A DNA stretch of 64,000 nucleotides from an uncultured Ignavibacteria bacterium (GTDB lineage Bacteria > Bacteroidota > Ignavibacteria > Tepidaquicellales > OLB5), in contig CALMYL010000030.1 in the NCBI GenBank assembly GCA_937873695.1, forward strand, positions 10,171-74,170, given 5' to 3'. The notes below the pieces were generated by a model that saw only the letters and a program-made list of their open reading frames with translations, did not search any database and was not told where the DNA came from. Below, in pieces: positions 35,809-43,788 of this stretch. Position 1 is the first letter of the stretch. Each line of letters opens with the position of its first letter. A program made the translations under genes and the position numbers.

Positions 35809-35848
35809 TAAAAAAACCGAAATTGAATAAATAGTTCAATTCGGCTTT
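35809..35848 (-). terminator. Intrinsic terminator candidate ending the sucD-to-GT9 block
   Basis: Minus strand reads GCCGAATTGAAC-(loop)-TTCAATTTCGG followed by T7. Confidence 0.6.
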
Positions 35849-36026
35849 ATAAAATCCTCTATAAAAAAATTGCTAGCGGTATCCGTATTATAAAACCGAA
35901 ATTAAAACCTCTAACAATTATTCTATAAATTTCACCCTCTTTTAAAGCAATATATATTGCTAAGTAAGAAATGTCAAGACAAAATGAACCATCAAAAAAG
36001 CCTATATTTTCGCTAAATATAATGCC

Positions 36027-37130
36027 TTAAACAGATAAATAGGTCATACAAGTTTCAAAAACTGCTGATATTTCAATATTCTTAATATTACCCCCCGAAG
36101 CCTGAATTGAAGCCTTATTGGGGCCAACAGGGCCCCATTCATAAGCTTTCGTTGGGCCAAAAAGCCCAATTACCGGAATATGAAATCCGGAGGCCAAATG
36201 CATGATGCCCGTATCATTGGAAACAAATAAGCCGGTTTTGCTTATAATTGCTGCATTATTCATTAATTCACCGCAATATTTGGAAAACAAAATATGAGGA
36301 TACTTTTGCTTGATCATCATTTCAAGTCCGGCTACAATTTTGGTATCAGCCGGACCTTCCGAAATATAAAAATATGCTCCGGTACTTTTGTGCAATCTAT
36401 CCATCAGTTCAGCAAATTTCTCCAGCGGCCATAGGTTAGCTTCTTTAGCCGCGCCCGGATGAAAACCTAATACTTTTTTTGATGCATCCGGAAAATTTTC
36501 GCGAAAAAATTCTTCTGCAAACTTCTTCTGTTTTTCATTCACTTTCAAATTGATAATATTCTGCTCAGCAGAAATTCCCAACTGACGGATAACATCAAGA
36601 TTTCTTTCTATCTGGTGAACCTTTTTTGAATCCCACAAAAAATCATTTTTGATATTAAGCGTATATCCAATTTTATTCGGCTCAAAATCTTTAGACCGCA
36701 CACCGGCCCTGTATTGAGACTGTGAATAATAACCAAGCAAATGATTAGTAGCAGAAAATATTACAGATGAAGGCACAATGGCAAGTTCCGGTTTTTTTTC
36801 ACGAATCAGTTTAACCGTGTTGATAAAATTTTCAAAACCGTGCTCATACAAAAGAACGTTATCAGCGGGCGAAACGTTCTCTTCGAAAATTTCTTTATAG
36901 CCAGTAGAACGTTTTGTTACAAGTGTAATTTCTGCATCAGGAAATCTCTTTCGTACGGCATTAAGCATTGGTACAGAGCACAGCATATCTCCCAATTGGT
37001 GCCGTACCACTATCAGAATGCTGGTGATATTATTGAACATTTCAGGTGAGGGCACAATATCCTTTTCAAGCACAAAACCTTTGAAAATTTTCAAGCCAAA
37101 ATCACCAAGTACTTTTTCGGTCTTGCTCAA
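36027..37130 (-). CDS. Family 9 glycosyltransferase (LPS heptosyltransferase-like)
   Basis: 367 aa with ILIVRHQLGDMLCSVP and FVSNDTGIMHLASG. Confidence 0.8.
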   Translation of the reverse strand: MSKTEKVLGDFGLKIFKGFVLEKDIVPSPEMFNNITSILIVVRHQLGDMLCSVPMLNAVRKRFPDAEITLVTKRSTGYKEIFEENVSPADNVLLYEHGFENFINTVKLIREKKPELAIVPSSVIFSATNHLLGYYSQSQYRAGVRSKDFEPNKIGYTLNIKNDFLWDSKKVHQIERNLDVIRQLGISAEQNIINLKVNEKQKKFAEEFFRENFPDASKKVLGFHPGAAKEANLWPLEKFAELMDRLHKSTGAYFYISEGPADTKIVAGLEMMIKQKYPHILFSKYCGELMNNAAIISKTGLFVSNDTGIMHLASGFHIPVIGLFGPTKAYEWGPVGPNKASIQASGGNIKNIEISAVFETCMTYLSV

Positions 37131-37141
37131 TTGTAATTAAA

Positions 37142-37315
37142 TTAATCTTTTTTTACTTCACGGTACTCAGCATCCTGTATCATATTAACATCGTAGTTCT
37201 TTTTGGGTTGGTTCTGCTGTGATTGTTTCTTCTGAGCTGAGGCAACTCCCCGAAGTATCCTTCTAAGGAAAAAGTAAGCTATATATACCAGAACGGCAAT
37301 TATTACATATTTCAT
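37142..37315 (-). CDS. Small membrane protein (57 aa), below the ORF-track size cutoff
   Basis: Own translation: MKYVIIAVLVYIAYFFLRRILRGVASAQKKQSQQNQPKKNYDVNMIQDAEYREVKKD. The ATG abuts the upstream gene's stop (TAAATG) within an operon. Confidence 0.5.
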   Translation of the reverse strand: MKYVIIAVLVYIAYFFLRRILRGVASAQKKQSQQNQPKKNYDVNMIQDAEYREVKKD

Positions 37316-37987
37316 TTATTGGGCCGCTTTCCTGAGTGAAGGATTATAATATTTAACCGCGGAGAGATCCGATTTGAATATTTCGTTAACAAGCTCGTCA
37401 AAATCAGCCGGATTGTTCACAAAATCGGTCTCTTCACAATTTACTATCATTATCTTGGTAGCTTTATATCTTGAAAAGAAATAATTATATGCCTCGTTAA
37501 GGCTGTTAATATAGTCTTCACTTATTTCTTTCTCAATTTCACGGCTTCTTTTCCTTATGTTAGACATAAGCCTTTCAACCGAAGACTGCAGGTATATCAC
37601 CAGATCGGGAATTACTATACCTTTATCAAGCCCTGTAACAACATGTTCGTATATCTTAAGCTCATCATCACTTAGGTTCAGGTATGCAAATATTTTATCT
37701 TTTTCAAAAATGTAATCACTAACTACAAAATTCTGAAATAGTTCTTTCTGGTGGACTTCCTGCAGCTGGGTATATCGTTCAAGAAGAAAGAACATTTGGG
37801 TCCTGAAAGCATATTCTTCGGGTTTAATATAAAATTTTTCCAGGAAGGGATTATCTTCAAAGTTTTCCAATATCAGTTTGGCATTAAGCCTTTCAGCAAG
37901 CATGCGTGCAATAGATGTCTTGCCGGCTCCAATAACACCTTCAACTGCAATATAGCTTAAACCGGAATTATTGTAGTTACTTATCAA
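37316..37987 (-). CDS. Deoxynucleoside kinase
   Basis: 223 aa with IAVEGVIGAGKTS, FEDNPFLEKFY and an ERY-type motif. Confidence 0.85.
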   Translation of the reverse strand: MISNYNNSGLSYIAVEGVIGAGKTSIARMLAERLNAKLILENFEDNPFLEKFYIKPEEYAFRTQMFFLLERYTQLQEVHQKELFQNFVVSDYIFEKDKIFAYLNLSDDELKIYEHVVTGLDKGIVIPDLVIYLQSSVERLMSNIRKRSREIEKEISEDYINSLNEAYNYFFSRYKATKIMIVNCEETDFVNNPADFDELVNEIFKSDLSAVKYYNPSLRKAAQ

Positions 37988-38477
37988 ATGATGAGATCCG
38001 TTTAACTTTGCAAATATCCCTGCTGCTATTATAAAGGTCTAAAATACTTTTTTTCAATACAGGATGTATAAAGCCGGGTATAATATCAACAAGCGGTTTT
38101 AATACAAAATTCCTGCATTCAAGGTATTGGTGAGGTATTTTCAGCAGCTTATTGTGAATCACACAACCACCGTAAAAAAGGATGTCAATATCAAGCTTCC
38201 TTGCCTGCCACGCAGGACTGCTGGTTCTGCCTGCTTTTTTTTCAACAGATTTTGCCAATCTAAGCAATTCCAAAGGTTGCAGCCTGCACCGGAAAACAGC
38301 GGCGCAATTGAAGAAACTTCTCTGCTTCTTAAACCCCCAGGGTTCGGTTTCATAAATATCTGAAACCTTAAGCAGGTTCAGACTCTTGTTCAGTGCAAGA
38401 GTTTTTAAGGCAAAATTTATGTTCCTAAATCTGTTACCTATGTTTGAACCGAAACCGAGAACAACAAGCCCGGGCAT
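37977..38477 (-). CDS. folK: 2-amino-4-hydroxy-6-hydroxymethyldihydropteridine diphosphokinase
   Basis: 166 aa with LGFGSNIGN, YETEPWGF and LDIDILFYG. Confidence 0.85.
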   Translation of the reverse strand: MPGLVVLGFGSNIGNRFRNINFALKTLALNKSLNLLKVSDIYETEPWGFKKQRSFFNCAAVFRCRLQPLELLRLAKSVEKKAGRTSSPAWQARKLDIDILFYGGCVIHNKLLKIPHQYLECRNFVLKPLVDIIPGFIHPVLKKSILDLYNSSRDICKVKRISSFDK

Positions 38478-38479
38478 AA

Positions 38480-38869
38480 TTAAGATGGTTCCTGTTTTTC
38501 AGCATGCCTGTATTCGGAATGTTCAACTTCTACATAATCCGTTAAGCCGCCCAGAGGCGGTGAAGGTTTGCGTACCTTTATAACTACTTTTTGCACTACA
38601 TCAAAATTCCCTATTATCTTAAGAGCGATCCTGTATGCAAGCGCTTCTATCAGGAAAAATTTTTCGCTCGAAACAACTTCCCTTATAAAATTATAAGCTT
38701 TTTCATAATCCAGGGTTTTCTTCAGGTTGTCTTCAGCTTCAGCTTCTGTGACGTCACAGGTCATCTCAGCGTCAATTTCAAACAATCCGCCGCTCATTCT
38801 TTCTGAATCTAGCACGCCGTGATGTGCGTAGAATCTGGCATTTTTGATGCGAATGATGGTGTAGTTCAT
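38480..38869 (-). CDS. folB: Dihydroneopterin aldolase
   Basis: 129 aa with ARFYAHHGVLDSER, LDYEKAY and IKVRKP. Confidence 0.8.
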   Translation of the reverse strand: MNYTIIRIKNARFYAHHGVLDSERMSGGLFEIDAEMTCDVTEAEAEDNLKKTLDYEKAYNFIREVVSSEKFFLIEALAYRIALKIIGNFDVVQKVVIKVRKPSPPLGGLTDYVEVEHSEYRHAEKQEPS

Positions 38870-38901
38870 TTAAACCTCCGGCGAATAATGAATTATGAAT
38901 A

Positions 38902-39990
38902 CTATTTCTTTTTCTTTTTAATAAGTTTCTTAACTTTTGGTTTGGAACTTTTGGAGACCTTCAGCTTTTTCACAGGTTTCTTTTTCTTGCTCACCGCTTT
39001 TAGCTTTTTCTTTGCGGCTGCTTTTGGCTTTGAAGATTTTGGTTTTGATTTTTCTGCTGTCTTCTTAAGTGTCGATTTTGACTTAGCCTTTTTTGCTTTA
39101 AATTCATCAAGGGCAAGCTTAACCATTGTACCCATTTCAGCGGGCGATTCAGCAACATAAATTCCAGCATCGCGCATTGCCTTTATCTTATCTTCTGCTG
39201 TACCTTTTCCGCCGGCAATGATAGCGCCTGCGTGACCCATTCTTCGCCCGGGAGGCGCTGTTCTGCCTGCTATGAATCCAACAACAGGTTTTGTCATATA
39301 TTTTTTGACATATTCCGCGCAGGTCTCTTCTGCGTTTCCGCCTATTTCACCTATCATAATTACCGCATCTGTATCTTTATCTTCATTAAAGAGTTTCATA
39401 GCGTCAATAAAGTTTGTGCCTATGATAGGATCTCCGCCAATGCCTATGCATGTTGATTGACCGAGTCCCAAAGCGGTAAGCTGCGCAACCGCTTCATAGG
39501 TTAGAGTTCCGCTTCTGGAAATAAGACCAACTCTTCCGGGCAGATGTATGAAACCGGGCATTATGCCGATCTTGCAGAATCCGGGTGTAATTACTCCGGG
39601 GCAGTTCGGACCAACCATCCTGATGTTTCTGCCTGCCTTATTCAGATCCTCGAGATAATTTTTTGCAGTTATCATATCTTTTGTAGGGATACCTTCTGTA
39701 ATTGTTACAATTACATCAACACCTGAATCAGCCGCTTCCAGAATTGCATCGAGTGCGAATGCGGGAGGAACAAATATAACTGAAGTATTCGCTCCCGCTT
39801 TTTCAACTGCTTCTTTACATGTATTAAAGATGGGTACTTTTTCATCGAAAAGCGTTCCACCTTTTCCTGGTGTAACACCGGCAACAACATTTGTGCCGTA
39901 TTCGATGATCTGACGTGTATGAAATGAACCTTCGGAGCCGGTTATTCCCTGCACCATTAACCTTGTGTTTTTACCTACTAAAACGCTCAT
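38902..39990 (-). CDS. sucD: Succinate--CoA ligase subunit alpha with a 65-residue lysine-rich C-terminal extension
   Basis: 362 aa. Residues 1-297 are canonical SucD ([30 protein letters not shown]). Residues 298-362 contain 33 Lys out of 65. Confidence 0.85.
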   Translation of the reverse strand: MSVLVGKNTRLMVQGITGSEGSFHTRQIIEYGTNVVAGVTPGKGGTLFDEKVPIFNTCKEAVEKAGANTSVIFVPPAFALDAILEAADSGVDVIVTITEGIPTKDMITAKNYLEDLNKAGRNIRMVGPNCPGVITPGFCKIGIMPGFIHLPGRVGLISRSGTLTYEAVAQLTALGLGQSTCIGIGGDPIIGTNFIDAMKLFNEDKDTDAVIMIGEIGGNAEETCAEYVKKYMTKPVVGFIAGRTAPPGRRMGHAGAIIAGGKGTAEDKIKAMRDAGIYVAESPAEMGTMVKLALDEFKAKKAKSKSTLKKTAEKSKPKSSKPKAAAKKKLKAVSKKKKPVKKLKVSKSSKPKVKKLIKKKKK

Positions 39991-40093
39991 TATATGCTTT
40001 CTATATTAAAAATTAAATATTTATTGTGGGAAGCACAAAAATAAGGATTAAATTTTTATGAAAAAATACCTCAATTTTTGAGGCACGGTTAAT

Positions 40094-40126
40094 AAAAACA
40101 AAAAAGGCAGTCAAATTGACTGCCTT
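40094..40126 (-). terminator. Intrinsic terminator after the 235-aa lipoprotein gene
   Basis: AAGGCAGTCA-AAT-TGACTGCCTT. On the minus strand it is followed by TTTTGTTTTT. Confidence 0.7.
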
Positions 40127-40149
40127 TCGGGCTGATTTTCTTTTGTTAT

Positions 40150-40857
40150 TTAATCTACTTTAACGGAATTACCCGTTATAACCCATTCCCCGTTCTTATT
40201 AGCGGTTAGGTTATATGTTACAGTTAAAGTTTTGGTCACCTCTGTATCTTTGCCGTCTTTTTTTACTATTTGTGTTTGTTTCACTTTCGATACAACGCTT
40301 GCCTTATTGTCCTTCTGGCTTAATACTTTCGGCTCTTCAACAATTGTGAACTGTTTGGTGTTGCGGTAACCTGATTTCAGCTTATCAACCGGCCTTGAAG
40401 GAAAATACTTTTGCGCCTTTTTCATATTTGTTTCAAAGTTTCCTGTTTCATTGATACCGCGCTGAATGTATTCATAATAGTCCTTTACGGTAGCAGTCGG
40501 ATTCTCGAACCTCTTTGTAATTTCTTTCTGAATTTCTTTTTTCTTTTCCTTCTTCTTTTCAGCTTCAACTTTTTTCACAGAATCTATCTGAACCTGGGTC
40601 ATATTCTGAGTTGATACCGTTCCGGTATCTGTCGGCATATTCTGACTTGATGTGTTCTCTATCAAACCAAGTTTCTTTTCTCGCTCTTCAAGTTCAATCT
40701 CTTTCAGCTTTACTCTTGCTTCACGGTCATTCAGTTCTTTTTCTTTGTCAGCAAGTATCTGGAAGCTTGTTTTGCTTGTTTCGTCACGTTCTTTAGTACA
40801 GCCGGTAATAAAAGATAATATGGCCAGGACAGCTATATATTTAATGTAGTTACTCAT
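40150..40857 (-). CDS. Hypothetical lipoprotein with a coiled-coil/low-complexity linker
   Basis: 235 aa with lipobox FITGCTKE, a K/E-rich linker and a compact C-terminal domain. Confidence 0.65.
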   Translation of the reverse strand: MSNYIKYIAVLAILSFITGCTKERDETSKTSFQILADKEKELNDREARVKLKEIELEEREKKLGLIENTSSQNMPTDTGTVSTQNMTQVQIDSVKKVEAEKKKEKKKEIQKEITKRFENPTATVKDYYEYIQRGINETGNFETNMKKAQKYFPSRPVDKLKSGYRNTKQFTIVEEPKVLSQKDNKASVVSKVKQTQIVKKDGKDTEVTKTLTVTYNLTANKNGEWVITGNSVKVD

Positions 40858-40971
40858 AGTTATTAAAATATTGGTTTATATGATAACCTTAACTGTAAAT
40901 ATAATAGCAAAATAAGGTAATTGCAACCTTATTCCTTGAAATATGTACTTAATTAAGTATTAATCAGCAAG

Positions 40972-41754
40972 TTATTGTGATTCGTAAAGGACTTTGTAAT
41001 TCTGAAAAGCGGTAAATAAAGCAATGGCAACTTCATTCTGGCCCTTTTCGCTTGAAAGGTAAATTTCATCATTTGGGTCTGATAAATACCCTGTTTCAAC
41101 CAACACAGAAGGCATTGATGCACCAAGTGTTACCCAGTTGCCTGCCTGGTATACTCCCCGTGATTCAAGCTCGGTGTGGCTAAGCATATTCACCTCCGTT
41201 ATAGATGCCAGGTATTCGCTGAAGCGTGTATAACCTGCGTGGGCAAGACTTGAGAAAATGAAATTATCAAGAGTATCTTTCCCAAATTGTTCAAAAGCGA
41301 TCTGGTAATTCTGCTTCATCGTGAACTCAACAGCTTCAGGAAATCGCTCTTTGTTAAGCAGGTAAATTTCAAATCCCTTTTTGTCACTTTCTTCCATTTT
41401 TTTATGATTGGCGTGAATGCTTACAAACAGTTTAGCCCTGTTATTATTAGCCTCAATGGTTCTATCTCTTACCTGCGAAAACTCATCTGTAGTCCGTGAG
41501 TAAATGATCTTAATACCGGGAAATTTTTCTTCGATCATTTTTCCCAGCTTCATTGCTATCGGCAGAACGATATTTTTTTCCTGCACGCCGGTTTTATCGC
41601 CAATTGTACCGGGATCCTTCCCGCCGTGACCTGCATCAATGTAGATAACATCCAGTTTTGGCTGTGCCAGCAATGAACAATGAACAATGAACAATGAACA
41701 ATAAAACACCCATAGAATGAAAACTGTCCGGAATTTAAAAACTAAATTGTTCAT
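40972..41754 (-). CDS. N-acetylmuramoyl-L-alanine amidase (Amidase_3)
   Basis: 260 aa with IDAGHGGKDPG, SIHAN and LVETGYLS. The start codon lies inside a heptamer tract. Confidence 0.85.
   Translation of the reverse strand: MNNLVFKFRTVFILWVFYCSLFIVHCSLLAQPKLDVIYIDAGHGGKDPGTIGDKTGVQEKNIVLPIAMKLGKMIEEKFPGIKIIYSRTTDEFSQVRDRTIEANNNRAKLFVSIHANHKKMEESDKKGFEIYLLNKERFPEAVEFTMKQNYQIAFEQFGKDTLDNFIFSSLAHAGYTRFSEYLASITEVNMLSHTELESRGVYQAGNWVTLGASMPSVLVETGYLSDPNDEIYLSSEKGQNEVAIALFTAFQNYKVLYESQ
41671..41705. repeat. Four perfect CAATGAA heptamers plus one degenerate unit, inside the amidase signal-peptide coding region
   Basis: C at 41671, 41678, 41685, 41692 and 41699. Encodes FYCSLFIVHCSLL. Confidence 0.9.
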
Positions 41755-41794
41755 TGCTAATTGCTCATTGCTAATTGCTCATTGTTAATTGAAA
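41746..41794. repeat. Seven ATTG(C/T)T(A/C)-type heptamers spanning the amidase start codon
   Basis: ATTGTTC ATTGCTA ATTGCTC ATTGCTA ATTGCTC ATTGTTA ATTGAAA. Inverted relative to the 41671-41705 tract. Confidence 0.9.
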
Positions 41795-41795
41795 T

Positions 41796-42293
41796 TTACC
41801 GGTAGTTTGTGAATTGCACGGCAAAATCAAGTTCAGCGTTCTTAACAAGCTGTATGGTCTGCTGCAGCAGGTCTTTATCACGGCTTGAAACCCTTACCTG
41901 TTCATCCTGTATAGCAGCCTGCACTTTAATTTTGGAATCCTTGATAATTTTAACTATCAGCTTCGCATTTTCCTTATTAATTCCCTGCAGTACTTCTATT
42001 ATTTGCCTTACCATATTTCCGCCGGCTTCTTCCTGCGGTTTGTACTTGAGTGATTTCAGGGGAATACTGCGCTTCACAAACTTATTCTGCATCATATCCA
42101 CTATAGCTTTTGATTTATAGTCATCATCTGCAAGAATGGTAATTGTTTTATCCTTCTGGGAATACTCAATAGTACTTTTTGAGCCTTTGAAATCATATCT
42201 CGATAGTATTTCTTTCCTTGTCTGATTGATGGCGTTATCAACTTCCTGCCAGTCAATTTCGGATACTATATCAAATGAATAATTATCTGCCAT
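41796..42293 (-). CDS. yajQ: YajQ family nucleotide-binding protein
   Basis: 165 aa with SFDIVSEIDWQEVDNAINQTRKEILSRYDFKGS. Confidence 0.85.
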   Translation of the reverse strand: MADNYSFDIVSEIDWQEVDNAINQTRKEILSRYDFKGSKSTIEYSQKDKTITILADDDYKSKAIVDMMQNKFVKRSIPLKSLKYKPQEEAGGNMVRQIIEVLQGINKENAKLIVKIIKDSKIKVQAAIQDEQVRVSSRDKDLLQQTIQLVKNAELDFAVQFTNYR

Positions 42294-42295
42294 TA

Positions 42296-42577
42296 TTAAA
42301 CTTTAAATTTTTTATTAATGAAATTGTATTTATATAAATTTTCCTTACCTAAGATCTGCTCAACATGGAATACTTCATTACAATCATCAAACGAAAACAT
42401 TTCTCCATCTAAAACATACCATTTTTCACGCTGCTCTGCTTTAAGTTTCTTTATGGATGGAAAATAAACTAATGGAACAGAAATATCCCTGCCATCCGCC
42501 AACATTACATTCATTTTTCCCCTTATGGGAAAAGTTATTTTTTTTATTAATGGTTTTATTTTTCTCAGACCATCCAT
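42296..42577 (-). CDS. DUF2442-like small protein
   Basis: 93 aa with the pattern ...LADGRDISVPLVYFPSIKKLKAEQREKWYVLDGEMFSF.D.... Paired with a DUF4160-like gene. Family recalled from memory. Confidence 0.6.
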   Translation of the reverse strand: MDGLRKIKPLIKKITFPIRGKMNVMLADGRDISVPLVYFPSIKKLKAEQREKWYVLDGEMFSFDDCNEVFHVEQILGKENLYKYNFINKKFKV

Positions 42578-42581
42578 GATT

Positions 42582-42860
42582 TTATAGTTTTATTGTTCTA
42601 ATTTTTTGACCTTTTCCAAATTTTTCTATCTGTTCGTTAAGCAATTTAATATTTTCTTTTATCAATTTCTCAATCTTTTTTAATTCAGTATGAGAAAATC
42701 CACCTTTTTCAACCACTAGAATTTTTGGCTCAAGCCAGAACTTTGCAGTTCTGCGAAATCTACCCTTTTTGGATTCAATGTGAACATGCTTCCTGTTTTC
42801 TGCTAAATCGCTTGAATAGATTAAGAAAACATATTGATTTATAATTAGAAGTTTCGGCAC
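42582..42860 (-). CDS. DUF4160-like small protein
   Basis: 92 aa: N-terminal MPKLLIINQYVFLIYSSDLAENRKHVHIES. Family recalled from memory. Confidence 0.6.
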   Translation of the reverse strand: MPKLLIINQYVFLIYSSDLAENRKHVHIESKKGRFRRTAKFWLEPKILVVEKGGFSHTELKKIEKLIKENIKLLNEQIEKFGKGQKIRTIKL

Positions 42861-42862
42861 TT

Positions 42863-43303
42863 TTACTTCCCGTTTTTTGAAAATCCTGTAATTGGTTCAA
42901 GCCCCGACATCTGGAGTATGGCATTCCATACCTTCTCATCAACAGGCTGAACCGATAACCGCGCTTCTCTGACTATCCTTGAATCACATGTGCGCTTATC
43001 ATTCTTTATCTGCTCAAGTGTAACCGGATTGGGCAGTCTGCGTTTTGGCTTAATATCAAAAATAAAAATTTTCGGATTGCCGGCTTTGGGGTCAATATAC
43101 GGATCTGTAATTATCTCGCATATTCCTACTACTTGTTTTTCGCCGCCAGTGTGATATATGAATGCAATATCGCCCTTGCGCGCGGTTTTGATCTGGAACA
43201 ATCCCCCCGGACTTGTAACGCCATCCCACACAGCTTTTTTATCACGCTCAAGATCTGAGTATGAATAGACTGTGGGTTCTGTTTTAAGTAAGAAATAAGC
43301 CAT
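42863..43303 (-). CDS. EVE (PUA-like) domain protein
   Basis: 146 aa with MAYFLLKTEPTVYSYSDLERDKKAVWDGV and IAFIYHTGGEKQVVGICEI. Confidence 0.8.
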   Translation of the reverse strand: MAYFLLKTEPTVYSYSDLERDKKAVWDGVTSPGGLFQIKTARKGDIAFIYHTGGEKQVVGICEIITDPYIDPKAGNPKIFIFDIKPKRRLPNPVTLEQIKNDKRTCDSRIVREARLSVQPVDEKVWNAILQMSGLEPITGFSKNGK

Positions 43304-43307
43304 AGTT

Positions 43308-43338
43308 CAAATATCAAATAGTAAATATCAAATAACAA
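43308..43338. repeat. 7-nt-periodic tract (CAAATAT CAAATAG TAAATAT CAAATAA CAA) just upstream of the EVE gene start
   Basis: Read directly. It is the reverse complement of the TTG-periodic family. Confidence 0.75.
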
Positions 43339-43341
43339 CTT

Positions 43342-43731
43342 TTATTTTTTATTTCTGATGTTTTTGTTTTTCTTTTTAATTCTGGTAGTATCTAGAATTG
43401 AATATGATATTTTGCATAACTCATCACAATCAGACAATAATGAATCAAATAATTTTTTTTCAATATAATCTGCTGCATATAATAATTTAAGCCAATATTT
43501 AGTTTCTCTGGCTTCTTTATACGATGTCGAGATCTAGTTTGAAAAATCAGCATCACTAATTCCACCATGCGCTTCTTCTGCATTCGCCCCAATTGATGTT
43601 CCGCTTCTTAAAATTTGCTTTGATAAAACATACTCTTTGTGGTCTATACACAAATATTGGTATAACTTGATAATTCTGATGGCAAACAAAAAAGATTTGT
43701 CAAGTAATGCATTTTCTCCGCTTATATTCAT
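43342..43731 (-). pseudogene. Four-helix-bundle (23S rRNA intervening-sequence type) protein gene interrupted by an in-frame TAG
   Basis: Own translation: ...LRSGTSIGANAEEAHGGISDADFSN*ISTSYKEARETKYWLKLLYAADYIEKKLFDSLLSDCDELCKISYSIL... The TAG is at 43536..43534. 130 codons in one frame. Confidence 0.7.
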
Positions 43732-43753
43732 ATCTATAATATTAAGAATTAAT

Positions 43754-43788
43754 AAATTTGATTTTTGTTATTTGCTATTTGTTATTTG
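43754..43788. repeat. Five 7-nt-periodic TTG units (AAATTTG ATTTTTG TTATTTG CTATTTG TTATTTG)
   Basis: G at 43760, 43767, 43774, 43781 and 43788. The tract abuts the helicase stop codon. Confidence 0.8.

Noticed and set aside
38819-39160. Plus-strand ORFs antisense to real genes (for example the F-rich 113-aa ORF at 38819-39160, the S-rich 132-aa ORF at 44438-44836, 12104-12598, and many others in the track)
   Set aside because: They are mirror images of strongly supported genes on the other strand; the poly-Phe ORF is the complement of the SucD poly-Lys tail. They have low-complexity composition and no independent start or RBS context.
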